From the NCBI RefSeq assembly GCF_004010195.1, contig NC_057716.1, positions 45,747,329-45,811,328 of the forward strand: a stretch of 64,000 nt of DNA, written 5' to 3'. This document shows, in pieces, positions 1 through 13,410 of this stretch. Position 1 is the stretch's first letter. Every line of letters starts with the position of its first letter. Made by a program: the position numbers and the translations under genes. The DNA is from Chiloscyllium plagiosum. Its lineage: Eukaryota. The notes beneath the pieces are model-generated. The model saw nothing but the letters and a program-made list of their open reading frames with translations, ran no database searches and had not been told where the DNA came from.

Positions 1-305
1 TTTTCCATCACTATTTTAAAACGAATAGAATTATGGTCACTGGCCCCAAAATGCTCCCCCACTGACACCTCAGTCACCTGCCCTGCCTTATTTCCCAAGA
101 GTAGGTCAAGTTTTGCACCTTCTCTAGTAGGTACATCCACATACTGAATCAGAAAATTGTCCTGTACACACTTAAGAAATTCCTTTTCATCTAAACCTTT
201 AACGCTATGGCAGTCCCAGTCGATGTTTGGAAAGTTAAAATCCTCTACCATAACTACTCTATTATTCTTACAGATAGATGAGATCTCCTGACAAGTTTGT
301 TTCTC
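1..305 (-). mobile_element. CR1 LINE ORF2 endonuclease fragment
   Basis: Reverse strand reads RVVMVEDFNFPNIDWD and GEHFGASDHNSIRFKI, the GDFN and SDH motifs of the AP endonuclease. Confidence 0.85.
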
Positions 306-311
306 AAATGG

Positions 312-448
312 CCTACATTTACCCCTTTTAATCTAACACTACAGGCAATTTAGCATGGCCAATTCACCTAACCCGCACATCTTTGTGACTGTGGGAGGAA
401 ACCGGAGCACCCGGCAGCAGTGCTAACCACTGTGCCACCGTGCCGCCC
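312..448 (-). mobile_element. HE1-type tRNA-derived SINE with internal deletion
   Basis: 5' end gggcggcacggtggcacagtggttagcactgctgcc; matches the copy at 44419-44742 but lacks ~95 bp. Confidence 0.85.
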
Positions 449-454
449 ACAAGG

Positions 455-740
455 ATCCAAGGGTGCAGCCTCAGAGTGAAGGGACAACCCTTTAGAACTG
501 AGATGAAGGGAGTTTCTTCAATGAGAGGGTGGTGAATCTGTGGAAGTCAGAAGGCAATGGAGGCCATGTTCTTGAGCATATTTAAGACAGAGATGGATTA
601 ATAAAGGGATCAAGGGTTATGGGGAAAAGGCAAGGAAATGGGGTTGAGAAATATATCGGCCATGATTGAATGGCAGAGCAGACTCGATGGGCTAAATGGC
701 CTAATTCTGCTCCTGTATCTTGTGGTCTTATGGTCTTATA
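455..740 (+). mobile_element. CR1-like LINE 3' end
   Basis: tttagaactgagatga...gagggtggtgaatctgtgg...gggctaaatggcctaattctgctcct with a (tatggtct)-like tail. Confidence 0.75.
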
Positions 741-2200
741 ATTCCACTTGATGGCTTGACTGCCCAAAAGTGAAACCTGGTTTAATAGATTATTTATTTT
801 TTGTTTAGCTTGTTAACATGGTGGTTAATCAATGAGATATATTTGCTCATGGCTGTAGACTTTCTTTAACAACAGAACAAAAGTTTATTACGTAAAAGAA
901 TAAATATCAAAAAAAGCTAAATATACAACACAGATAGCAAAACCTCAAGTAACAAAACAAAGTTTCAATACGTGTCCTGACACTATCCATTATGGACACT
1001 CAAGTCCAGGGAAACTAGACTATCTTAACTCTTTAAGTTTCTACTTAACAGACTCTTGACAGTTTCCTTGTAGTTTACTGTGAAAACAATTTGATCTTTG
1101 CGTTACAAATTTGCCAATCTGAACTTTTCACAAATCTGAAAACATAAACTTTCTCCATTCTGATAATGAACAGATTATTAAACATCCTTCCACACTTGGA
1201 AATTTCACCAAGTGAACCCTTCTGCTGAGATGGCTGGTTCCCTGACCTACCCCAAATCCCTGTAGGAGAGAAATTAATGATTCTGTACACAACTGTGGTT
1301 TCTTCTCAACGGAGAAAAACATTGCTCTGTCCTAGATTCTTCTGAATTGAGAACAATACTATTAGCCTTACACGTTTACTCTAACTGTCACAAACACAAC
1401 TATATCATCATCTTTCCATTAACATCACATGATGTCCACAGTCACTAGCTCTCTGACAAAATGTTAGATTTAAATCACTGTTCTGGAAGGATATTTTGAC
1501 TTATTGTTAAAGAAAATTATTTGCAAAAGTAACCAACACCCACCTACATCCATTTTGAAATCCAAGTTCCAAAAATGACATTAATACATACATATTATAC
1601 ACCTTTTATTACTCTGTCCCTACATATAGTATATAACTAACCTATATTTGGTTAAAATCAGGATAGATAACATTCATCACCATTATAAGGGGGTTCCTAC
1701 ATTATAATTTCTTAGGCTCTCTATCAGCAGGACCAAGCACAGGAGGAAGCATCACATATTCTTTAACAAGATTGCATAAAATATTTTGGCACCTTTCTCT
1801 ATAATATGTAGATTTGCTCCTCTTTTGTCCAAGTGCAGGTACAACATAACTTGTACTTGTATAGCATCTTTAACAAAGTCATATATTCCACAAATAAAAA
1901 TCAGATGCAAAATAAGTTCATTTATAAGTAATGAGGTTCATTCAATGTAGTCGCTGTTCTAATTAGGTTACGCCAACCTTCGTACAGCACCTTTGACACA
2001 CAAATATTCTAAATTACTTCATAGTGGGGAAGGACAAAACAAACAACAAAACAAAATGCATAGATTATTCCTGAAGCATCGCTTAAGACAGTAAGGTCAA
2101 ATGGTTAAGCTCGTAAGCTGCCCACAGTAGCAGAGCAACAAATTATTTTATTCATGTACAAGCTCCATTGATGGTCACTTTATTGGGTTGCATTAGTGAA

Positions 2201-2360
2201 ACTTACAGACATACCTGAGGGAACAATGTGGGGTTCTGATACCCAATTATTTGTCATCATTTGACATGGTACATACCATTGTCAGGAACTATACTTGAAT
2301 TGCACAACTGACGCCGTTTTCAGAAGAACTGGAGTTCCCACCCAGTATTTATAGAGGACT
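2201..2360 (-). promoter_or_regulatory. Candidate TATA promoter and short first exon of an unidentified downstream gene
   Basis: Minus strand: TATAAATA (2353-2346), Inr-like CCAGTTC (~2330), ACA-ATG (2279-2277) followed directly by GTATGT; further donors CAG|GTATGT (2214) and GTAAGT (2206). Confidence 0.35.
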
Positions 2361-3629
2361 GTTTATTCTTGAGCAATTCATAATGTCCAAATTCTTAAAT
2401 TTTGGTTCAAATATGCACTTTAGCTTATTGATCAAGATTTTAAATAACCATCAAAAATAACATTTGTAGCCCATTTAAATCATATATGGTACAAGCGAAT
2501 AAAAATTAAAACAAAGTGTGAAAATTTATTTAACTGGTTACTATGCAAAAGATGATTGGCATGTGCTGGGCTGACAATATTCAGTGTGCTGAGCGATGCA
2601 AATCTAAATAATTGGAAAATTTTATGCTTGGATCAGGATAGTGTACTTAAATGCCACCTTCAGCCTGGATCAGGAATACCAATCAAGACTGAATAAGCAG
2701 CTCGGGTAACATTAAGATGTGTTACCATCTGGAATAAACTGCATTTAAACTTTGACAAAATACCTTCATAAAAGTGTCAATAGGTCAAGCCCCATAACTT
2801 GAGCAGCACAGCACCATTGTTCAGGTATTAAACAGCCACAATAGACAGGAAATTGGCAATCATTGTTCGCCAGGAGGGTGCCACTCACCAGAATGGTATA
2901 AATCAAGAAATTGGCATGCAGTATCTCTTCCTGAAATAAGCACTGGCCTCACAATATTTGCTGTAAGATAACTTGTTTGCCATGAGGGAGCCAGTTTTAA
3001 CACATTTAGGAAAAACAAAGATTCTTAATGGGATCACTGCAGGCCCTAATCAGAGGGAAGATCTTAACATGTGCTGAATGCAGAGATGGAAGGATCCCAC
3101 ATATAAAGGATGCAAGCTGCTGGGTTTGATGCTCCCCAGCCCACTCATTCCTTTCCACCTCTATTGCCTCCCTTTTTCACCGACCTAATAACAGGCAGAT
3201 GCAGCAACCCAATCTTTAGGCCTGCCTTGTTGACAACTGACCTAATACTGCTAATCACCTCAACAGAAGGTGGTTCACAGTGCCCAATTGTGGATGTACC
3301 TTGGGATTCATCATTCAGGTGCAGGGATTACCCCTTGCCTTCACTCAGGTTTCTGTGCGCATATATATATGCCGATACAGCACGAAGATGGGAAGGATGT
3401 TGCCCTTCAGGTCAGAATACTGCCACTGCGATCAAATGTGGTCAGGACCTTGTGGGAACAGTCATCTGACAATAACGTCATGTGGATTCACACAGTGACA
3501 TGTTAAACCCAGGCTGCCCATACCTCAGGCACTGTAAGTCAGGAACATGGCCTTCCAACTGTGGGGCTTGACCATGATCACAGAGGACACCCCATATATT
3601 GGAAAGGCAAGTTAACTCACTGCTTCGCT

Positions 3630-4560
3630 GACAGGGATCCGGAGGCAGTGGAGAGGAAGGAAGTGCTTCATCCAGCAGACTGACATAGGAGAATGGCCAA
3701 CCAGCCTAGCCCGGTCCAGCAGCCTGGATCAAACAGTAATGCAGAAAGAAGGTCAATGAGCTTCTGCACTCCACAATGGTAAGTGCCATTATGTCTCTGC
3801 TACCTCACACTCTCAGAGCCCTCACTCACTCTCACGGTGCCACTATACAGGCCTCACCAAGGCCTATGCTTTACAACACTTATTATTGCATGCAGGGTGT
3901 CCACCCCAGGGCTCTCACCCACTCAAACTCTGAAATTCCTAAGTCTGCCAGGCCTTTGTACTTCCTACTCACTCCTGCATCACCACTAATGGCTCTCCCA
4001 TCCCCTTCCATCATATTCACTCTTCTCTTTGTCTCCTTTCAGGAAGTTATTGTCCCACAGTCAGGCCGAGAGGGCCAAGATCAGCTTGGTGGGGAAGGGG
4101 GCTGTTGAATTGGGGGGTTGGGCATGGAGAGGGTTGGTGGGGTTTGGTAGGGTGGAGGTGGTTGGAGGTTGAGGCTGATCAGTACAGTCAGGAAGTACCC
4201 CATGCTGTATGAGGGAAATGTACTGGATTTGGCTGGAGAAGAGTGTGACTGCTCACATGGGGACCTGAAGACCTCAATGCGTAAGCAATCCAAGGAGGTT
4301 AATAGTGTTAATTTGCATTTTCCTGCCATTACCAATGTTAACGCGTTCTAGACCTGAACAAGCTCTTATTCGTCAATGCAATTAATTCCTTCTCTTCTAC
4401 AGGCACCCACTCTGCCAGGAAGAGGTCAGTGCCAGAAACCCTCGGTCTACTTCCAGAACTGAGGAGGATGTCACTGAACTTTCAAGGTGCTCATCTGCAA
4501 ACTCTACCAACTCAGAGGCTTTCACCTCAGCAGCCACACTTGCTAGATTAGCGCACAACC
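3630..4560 (+). mobile_element. Degenerate Myb/SANT-like gene of a Harbinger/PIF transposon
   Basis: VERKEVL...Q*CRKKVNEL, then a gtaagt donor (~3779), a polypyrimidine acceptor (~4042) and an RE...LGG exon, as in Harbinger Myb-like genes; disrupted by stops. Confidence 0.55.
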
Positions 4561-6039
4561 TAGTGAGCACTTGATTGCCAAGAATCCTTGACCTCACTCC
4601 AGTTCCTCTCCTTGATGTTGGTAGTTTCATGACCCTTAGTTTTGCAGATTGGTTGAGATTCTCTAGTTTTGCTTCCTTGTCACTGTGATTGAATCCAGCA
4701 TTTGAGACACCAGAGGGTTTTTCTTCGTTCTTTCCTTTCTAACTGGTTTGCAGCACTCAGATTGAGAGAGGTCTTTATCTGCAACACAGGGATAACTAAA
4801 GGGTAGCTCTTCAACTGTGACCATCACAGTATGCTGCTGCTCAAAGCAGGCTGGTACACAAGAGAAGTTCTGTCCCACTAGTACACTCCAGAAGGGTTGA
4901 AGCTGGCTTTTTAACCAGTGTCCTAATGTATTCTTCAAAGGGAAAAGCAGAAAAAGACTCTGCAGTTTGAGACAATTTGCAGGGGTGGATTGCTATTGAG
5001 CAGTGGTTGTCAGTTATCTTTGTAGTCACAAGAGATGACAGCTTAATCTGTTTAGAGTTTCTGTGATAGTTAAGCTGTTACATTCTATTGGTCCATATAG
5101 AATTTTTGGCAGCCAACTAAGTGAGTTGGCCTGCAGGCATTTTGCTTCTACAGTAATTCTCACTTAAAAACCACAGTTTGGAATTAAACGTGAAAAGGCC
5201 CACAGTATTTCAGGACCCAGAACAGCTCTCATCAGGCCTGGGCTGTCTAGGCCCAATCTACAGAGCAGACTCCTTCCAGCTCAATTGCACAGGTTGTGAC
5301 TACATTTGGGCATAGTTAGCATTTTCCTTCCGTCCCTTCAAAATATCATTGTAAATAATCGTACATTTTTGAAAATATGCACTTGTTAAAATATCTTTCC
5401 CGTTGTCAGACCTGGTTAAATCACACCCATGTGAGAGATGACTCTTCAGACATGCCAAGACTGAATAAAGCTGTGATTCCCAAGCATTACTCATCTCTCA
5501 CAAGCAACTGACTTCTTTACTGCCTCAGACATCAGGGATCCTTGACCCGTGATATTAATGACTGCAGCCAAAGCATTTTACTTAAATGTGGACAACACTG
5601 AGGTTAAATGCAATGCGCAGGGATTATGCTAGGGCCTGGGCTGTACACATCTTCCACAACTACACCCACATTGCAGTGATCATTCCACTCATCACTCAAG
5701 GTAAAGTCTCATTCTACTAGCTTTTCAAAGGATTCATTGCCATTAAGACTGTTCATATTTCCAGATTCCTTCACAGTCTAAGGGTTCAATAGTGCCCTAC
5801 AAGATTCTCAAGCATTTCAGGGCAATGTAGCAATGTACAGAAATTCATAAACATTGGTTAACATTCAATGATGGAAGGGTCAAAATAAAGTGGTTCAGTA
5901 TTGCTCGCAAACTGGTGCTCATCAAGAGAGACTTCACTGCACAATTCACAATTATTATGCTGTGTGAAGCTTTAAAACCATCTAACCTTGAACATTACTT
6001 TAATGAGTCACCACACACTGCAGTGCAGAGAAGCTAAGG

Positions 6040-6820
6040 AGAGCAGAGGAAAATCACATATACAGTGTATTCAAAAAGAATGGGTACCCAATGAACACAG
6101 TATGACAATTTCTCAGCAACAAATCCAAATAAGCAGACAAAACATGTCCCGAATCCATATCCACTCTCCCCTACATCAAAGACATCTTGGAAATGACTGC
6201 CAGACTACTCAGATCCCTTGGCATCATGGTAGCCCGCAAACACACCAATACACTAAAACAGCAGCTAATAAACTTGAAAGACCCTACACAGACAACAAGC
6301 AAAACTAATGTCATTTACAAAATACCTCACAAGAACTGTAACAAACAGTGCATTGGACAAACAGGCAGAAAACTAGCCACCAGGATACATGATCATTAAC
6401 TAGCCACAAAAAGACATGATCCACTCTCACTACTATCTTTACATACAGATGAGGAATGACACCACTCTGACTGGGAGAACACATCCATCCTAGGAAAAGC
6501 CAAACAGAATCATGCGCGAGAATTCCTAGAAGCACGGCACTCCAACTAGAACTCTATCAATAAACACATTGACTTGGATCCCATTTACCACTTCCTGAGA
6601 AAAATAATAGGAAATGATATCATCACAGGAGGTCACATCACCAACCCAAGGAAACCTAAACACATAAATAAAAAATGGGCCAAACCACCAGTGCTTCATC
6701 AGAGGTTCACTGATGATGTTACCCAGCATGGTGACACAACATCTGAAAACGAACCTTCCAACTCAGCAAGCGAACTTATATCCAGAACCTCAACCTGAGC
6801 TACAAATCTTCTCAAAACTC
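6040..6820 (+). mobile_element. Penelope-like element 3' part (GIY-YIG endonuclease plus pLTR)
   Basis: ORF 6187-6399 contains NVIYKIPHKNCNKQCIGQTGRKLATRIHDH; the 3' end has a degenerate hammerhead core (CTGATGA at 6710). Confidence 0.85.
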
Positions 6821-6828
6821 ACTACCAC

Positions 6829-7478
6829 TGAAAGTTGCCACCCAGGTAAATAGTGCGGTGAAGAAGGCATATGGCGTACTGGCTTTTATTGGTAGAGGAA
6901 TTGAGTTCCGGAGCCCTGAGGTCATGTTGCAGTTGTATAAGACTCTGGTGCGGCGGCATCTGGAGTATTGTGTGCAGTTTTGGTCGCCATACTATAGGAA
7001 GGATGTGGAGGCACTGGAACGGGTGCAGAGGAGATTTACCAGGATGTTGCCTGGTATGGTAGGAAGATCGTATGAGGAAAGGCTGAGGCACTTGGGGCTG
7101 TTTTCATTGGAGAAAAGAAGGTTTAGGGGTGACTTGATAGAGGTGTACAAGATGATTAGGGGTTTAGATAGGGTTGACCATGAGAACCTTTTTCCACATA
7201 TTGAGTCAGCTATTACGAGGGGGCATAACTTTAAATTAAGGGGTGGTAGGTATAGGACAGATGTTAGGGGTAGATTCTTTACTCAGCGAGTCGTGAGTTC
7301 ATGGAATGCCCTGCCAGTAGCAGTGGTGGACTCTCCCTCTTTATGGGCATTTAAACGGGCATTGGATAGGCATATGGAGGATAGTGGGCTAGTGTAGGTT
7401 AGGTGGGCTTGGATTGGCGCAACATTGAGGGCCAAAGGGCCTGTACTGCGCTGTATTTTTCTCTGTATTCTATGTATT
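6829..7478 (+). mobile_element. Young 5'-truncated CR1 LINE (RT C-terminus)
   Basis: Open ORF 6858-7397 (LYKTLVRRHLEYCVQFWSP...RGDLIEVYK...FFTQRVV); (tattcta)-like tail; TSD ctaccac at 6822-6828 and 7479-7485. Confidence 0.92.
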
Positions 7479-7849
7479 CTACCACCTAACCTTAACCAAA
7501 TGCAACATTACTACTCTGTTTCATTGACCGTTTCCTCCCAAACGAGCTGTAGGATATGTATTGTGGAGATAGTTGAAAGGAGGATCACTAGAAGCATACA
7601 ATCAGCGGGATGACAAACATGTATTCAGCAACAGAAAAGGTCAAGGCCTGTAAAAATAACAAAGTACATTTTATTAGCACTAAATGGGGTGTGCCATATA
7701 AACAGCAGAAAAATTACATAATTGAAAGAAGTCTGACTCCAACTCATTCAAGCTGGAAGTGGGTTCCAATTAGTTTTTGTCTGGCTTTTTGAGCTCAATG
7801 ATGCAATGCTTTTTCAGATGTCCCTCCTGAATAATGTCCTCACCATCTT

Positions 7850-8800
7850 TATTCTAAGGAAATTGCTGCCGATTGCTCATGTCTTCTGCGTATAGGTTAT
7901 TATCCCCTTGTCAGCTCTGGTTGTGAAGAACACAGCCTGCTCTCCAGTGGTGCAGCACATCTTTTCTGGGCTATGCTGCAAGGGCCCATTGAAATGTTCC
8001 AGGCTTCAAACCTCTTATTAAGAATGCTGATGGTCTGCTTCACTCTGGTCCTGCTGGAAGCATGATCAGCACTATACCTCTGATTTGTGTCGATCTGAAG
8101 AGTTTGTAAAGGTGTCATCAGCCATGTTTGGAGGAAGTAATCCTCCTGTCCCAGTAACAATCCCCATATGGTTGGGAGGAGATAGGAGCCTGTGTTTTTT
8201 TAAGTATAATGTAGACATCATAGCAGCTCTCAGGATATGTTGTGTAAGCCTTAAAATCGAGCATTGATGGTCATATATAATTTGAATGTTGAAGGAATGG
8301 AAGCCTTTACAATTGACAAGCACAGCAAGTTGGTAAAAGGACATTCTCAAAGCAATGTGGGCTTTTGCAGCTCACCTGGGGGAAGCCAGCAATGTTGGAG
8401 ACTCCCAGAGTCATAGAGACGTACAGCATGGAAACAGACCCTTCGGTCCAACCCGTCCATGCCGACCAGATATCCCAACCCAATCTAATCCCACCTGCCA
8501 GCACCTGGCCCACATCCCTCCAACCCCTTCCTATTAACAGACCCATCCAGATGCTTTTTAAATGTTGGCTGCATGACTTTTCTCATCGCAGGGAAGGACA
8601 CAAAGTGCTTTAATCTGAATAAAATGGCATCAGTTGTATCTCTGATGCTTTTGTGGGTCAAGGATTGGGAGGTGCCACTCATGCCCTCTGGTCACTTCTT
8701 GAAATGAGATGCGAGCATAAAAAATCAATGGCCAGTGGTTTGAGTTGACTACTCAGTCCTTCTGAGAGCAGGTCCTGCTCCAGCAAATGACAGTTTGATC
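7850..8800 (-). mobile_element. Degenerate Harbinger (HARBI1-like) DDE transposase
   Basis: Fragments GTSQSLTHKSIRDTTDAI, VNCKGFHSFNIQIIYDH and LLG..Y.LQTWLMTP...RY...H...R..VKQTI.ILNKRF across frameshifts. Confidence 0.8.
8408..8566 (-). mobile_element. Short CR1 3' tail inserted in the Harbinger transposase
   Basis: agagtcatagag..tacagcatggaaacagacccttcggtcc, near-identical to 45845-46000. Confidence 0.85.
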
Positions 8801-9679
8801 ATTGGTGCTTATGACAGCTGCAGAATATTACAGCAAGGCCTGTAGATGCAGGATTACACCTTCTTCTGGAAGCTGGCAGACAATCTCTGAAGGGCTTTAT
8901 GATGTTGCCTTTATATTTGAAGCAATTCCACAAGGATTCTAGCCATAGTAATGTCCACATTAGCAGATAACTTGTGGAGAATGTCAGAAAGAGAACACCC
9001 TTTCACTAATGCTAGTCCTGAGCCATACAAACTTCACAAGGTCAATATCATGCCTCAATAAGCTCGGAGGTGGAGGTGTGTAATCTTATCCAAATGCACA
9101 TCTAAAATGCTCATGCTATATTGAGGGAACAAAATTCAGTCATAAGGCCACTGTGTTCCAAATACATGCACATCACAGCCTTCCATACCTACAGCTGAGT
9201 TTAAGAATGTGGCAGCTCCAAAGTGTTCTGGATGTTGTTAAATATTGTCGACTGAATCATTCAATGAATATAATTGCCCTAGCAGGCCCTCACATTTAAA
9301 TGTTTACTCCATCCTGAAAGAAAACCTTTAACTGACTCCACCCACTCTGCTTATTTTGTATCGTTATTGCAGTCAAATTTGGATTGAAGATAGCAAGGTT
9401 TCAACCTCGTGTCCTTGTAAAGACTTTCAAGCTCTGCTTGAGAAACAGGGTTATCTCGCCCATCGTTCATGTCACTTTTTAGGTTCTTGATGATCCTTCA
9501 GTCTCCCATTTCCATTCAGCCTCTTTACATTACTGTTAGTGACCCCAGTTCATCGACAGAGTCTATGGCTTCTGTCAATTACCAATTTTGCTGGCCCTAC
9601 ACTCTACTGATCTCGAGGCCACAGTAATAGAGAGCTGTGAACACACTCCTTCTATGTCCTCTCCTGTTTCTGCAGAGAC

Positions 9680-10170
9680 AGTGCAATGAAGGTTTACTAG
9701 ATTGGTGCCTGGGATGGCAGGACTGTCATGTAAGGAAAGATTGAGTCGGTTATGATTGTATTCACTGGGGTTCAGATGAATTAAGGGAGAGTCACACAGA
9801 GACCTATGAAATTCTAATGGGACTAAATAGTTTAGATGGAAGAAGGATGTCCCTGATGATGGGGAAGTCTAGACCAAGGGGCATAGTCTAAAGAGAAGAG
9901 GTAAACCTTTTATGACAGAGATGAGGAGAAATCTTTCACCCAGAGTGTGGTGAGCCTGTGAAATTCACCACCACAGAAAGTCGTCGAGGCTAAAACACTA
10001 CGTGTTTTCATGGAGGACGTCAATATAGCTTTTGTAGTTAAAGGGGTATAGGGGTGGGAGGAGTGGGGTTATCGTATTGATCAGCCACGATCATATTGAA
10101 TTATGGAGCAGGCTCGAGGGGTCGAATAGCCTACTGCTGCTCATATCCCTTGTATGTATCTATGTCTATG
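9680..10170 (+). mobile_element. Older CR1-like LINE 3' fragment
   Basis: gtgcaatgaaggtttactagattggtgcctgggatg...gagatgaggagaaat...ggagcaggctcgaggggtcgaatagcctactgctgctc. Confidence 0.75.
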
Positions 10171-11434
10171 AATTCCCACCCTTCTTTCTTGAATTGTTCC
10201 TTTCACTGTAATATTTCCCTCAATTACCCAGTCTAATGAGTGTCAATCCCTGGACTTGAGTTTCCCAGTTTTGCCACCACTCCGTGGACAGCTCCTGATA
10301 ACCTTCTAACCATTAATATCTAAAAGCCTAGGGCTGACCCTGCCAGCCAACACCACCACCACCTTCCACTCCCCCCCCCCCCCCCTCCCCACCAACTTTT
10401 ACTAGATAACTATTTAATGTTTAAAGATGAAATGTGTAACTGTGAAAGCAAAGCAGGGAATGAGACACTGTAATGGTCTGTGCCAACATGGATGGCACTA
10501 AAAAGCTACCACTTTGTGATAGGAAAGCCCAGAAAGCCACATGGCTTTGTGACTATCAAGACACTATCCACATAGTGTGGGCTCTTAAAAAAACAGTATG
10601 TCCTCCGATACTTCTGAGGTATTGATCAGGAAATTGGACAAATCTTATCAAAGAAAGTAAGGGAGATTATTACCCTGATGACCCTGAAGAATCTGATGAA
10701 TGCCTGATTACTCACCAGCTTGTTTTCCTAAACTGAAGCAGCAAAGCTACAGAGATGCTCCAGAGTTTAGCACTTCAGCATAATGATACAGAAAGCACTT
10801 TTGACCACATTGACAACATGGTGGACTTGTCCAAATACAGCACACTAATATGAAAAGATTACTGAGCTATTTCATTAGCTAACTTCGAACATTTTCAATA
10901 TCTTTTACTGTATAAGGTCAAGCTGTTGTATGATGTACAAATTGAAAATTAAAAGCATCTTTCACATATCTAGTTTTCATTTGGGTTTATTTTAGTATAG
11001 AGTATGCCTCGAGCCAAATCAGATTACATAGGGATTTCCTTGAGTATCCCGACGATCCACTTTCCTGATCCATGCCAATTTGTGGCCGACCTCCCTAAAA
11101 TGCACCTTGTCACAATTTTACTCTAATTATGGGAGTCTATCTTTGGTAAGACTTACATGTTCATAAACCTTCCATGTAACCATCACCTGTCTAGTACAGG
11201 GTATTTTTTAAAATACTAGACAATAGGTGTAGTAGGGGAGGAAGGGTTAACTTGCTTTAATGAGCATCAAACTGTTTTCAAAGTTAAAACACAAGTAGAA
11301 TAGCTGATTCAAACTGCAGCAAATTTATAGAAATGCAGTGAAGAAATTTACTACGTGGAGATGAGGTGTAATACCAGTCTAAATTGAAAAATAAAAATTT
11401 ACATAAAAAACAAATACCAATCACTTACATGAAT

Positions 11435-11440
11435 TTTATT
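11435..11440 (-). terminator. Candidate distal polyadenylation signal of the JAZF1-like gene
   Basis: AATAAA on the minus strand followed by a GU/U-rich tract (gtgattggtatttgttttttatg), at the edge of a long AT-rich, UTR-like block. Confidence 0.45.
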
Positions 11441-12997
11441 AAATATGTAAAAATGTTTTACATAGACCATTTACAATATGTTTAAACAGAAGCATCCTTT
11501 AAGGCTTTATGTTTCTAGGTCTCATTTGACCACACATTGACATTTCATTGGCAATCATAATCTTTTTTTGGAAAAAAATCCGGTGCAAGTTCTTGACACA
11601 GGTAAAAACTGTAATAAGACTTGACCACAAATTTCTGCCAAAAGTTTTACAAAGTCACAATAAAGAAATTGCATGACAACATAAGAGCAGCATTCAAACA
11701 AAAGTTCATTTTAGCAGCAATACAAAGTTATTTCACTCAGTTTGATCTATACTTGACAATTAACTACAGTGAAACAGTGTTTGGTACATTACGGCTCACT
11801 AACACTGGTATATAAATATCTGCATGCTTCCCTGATTTTTTTTTTGAATTGTCAATGTGCAGGAATAGAACTTAGCAAGACATTAGCCTGTACCATGCCT
11901 TGTCTAGCATCAAAAAACTTAACACTTCATTTGACAGTTAAACAAAAATAACTAGCGGCAGCACAATGTCAACATATAGATTGATTGCAGACATGTACAA
12001 TTGTTTGAAATTTGAAAGTACAGCCCTGTATACGACTAAAATTGAAAATTTGAATGAATGAAGATTTCTAATCAGTATTCCTATTTTCATTCTCTAAAAT
12101 CCATTTGGGAAAGATCTGAACCAAATAAAAATGTTCAGTCTGCTTTAGTGGCTGATCAAACAAAATTAAAAAACGGTAACATAAAAATGCAAAGTTAAGG
12201 TTTCGAAGTACAATTTACACAGGCATTGCATTGTCCCATGCAGAACAGATTTCAGTGCAGTTAATATTCTGGCTGATTTTGTGGAATGGACAAACATGCA
12301 AATGTATACGCTAGAGTAGCATTTCATATACATTCACTGTACAGAAAATTTGGGCAATACTGGAAGACAGCTTTGCAGTAGTATAATGCATGTATTTCAT
12401 ATTTACATGAATTTTGAAAAACCTTTAAAAGGTACCATCTTAAATGCCAATTGTGGGAATCCGAAATAATTCACACACTTGACTGTTGTAAAGCTGAATT
12501 TGATAAAATGATCCAAGACAAAGCACATATTAGTTTAATCTGTACCTGTATTAACTTTTTATAATATGCAATATAGAAATGATTTAAAATGTAAATTCAT
12601 CTTAAATGGCATCAGTACTTGGAGAAAATATCCATTAATGTGAGTGTAGAGATTCCAACACAGCTTAAAACCCTCTTTGCAGCAAGCTCTGAAGTCAGCC
12701 AAAAATGCTCTCAAATTTCTCAAAGTTTGATCCTCTTAATAAAAGCAAAAAAACTGATCAATTATTCAAACTTGTCACACAAGATCTCTCATTCAGCAAA
12801 AACTGGTTGTTGTGTTTGCCTGTGTTCATATTTCAGAAGAAATTAACTGGCTTTAAATGAGGTGTGAGGACATGAAAGATGCTATATACATTGAAAGTTA
12901 CTTGATAGTGACCGAGAGGAAAACAAATTTCCTTTCCAACGTACTCTCACTACAGTGTTTGAAATGATTCCACCAGCACATTTGTACTACACAATGA

Positions 12998-13410
12998 ATT
13001 AGCGGTCATCTTTGCTTAGTGGTAATATTCTTGTTAGATTCAGCAGGTTAAGGGCTCAAATCCCACTCCAGATTTGAATACATAATCTAGTTTGACACTT
13101 CAGTGCAGTACTGAGGGAGTGCATCACTTTCAGGTATGCCTCTTGTTTTGGAATGAGGAGTTAATGCAATCTACCTTATGGGCTGGGCACATAATCCTCA
13201 CTTGACACAATGGGAAAAAAAGCAAGAAAGTTATCCCTCGTGCCCTGACTGAAATTTAACCTTCAACCAAGATTACTATATAAAGTTATCTGATCAACAT
13301 TTCATTCTCTTTGTGGGACCTTGAAATATTACAACTTTGAACACAGTTCAAAAAGCATGTAATTGGTTACAATGTCCTTTAGGATAGTGTGAAAAGCACT
13401 ATTTAAATAA
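12998..13410 (+). mobile_element. Ancient tRNA-derived SINE (SacSINE1/DeuSINE-like)
   Basis: tRNA-like head (agtggtaa...gggctcaaatcccact), cagtgcagtactgagggagtg core and degenerate tail; a related minus-strand copy lies near 58560-58820. Confidence 0.5.

Noticed and set aside
6858-7397. 179-aa intact ORF as a host gene
   Set aside because: C-terminus of CR1 reverse transcriptase in a 5'-truncated copy with a TSD.
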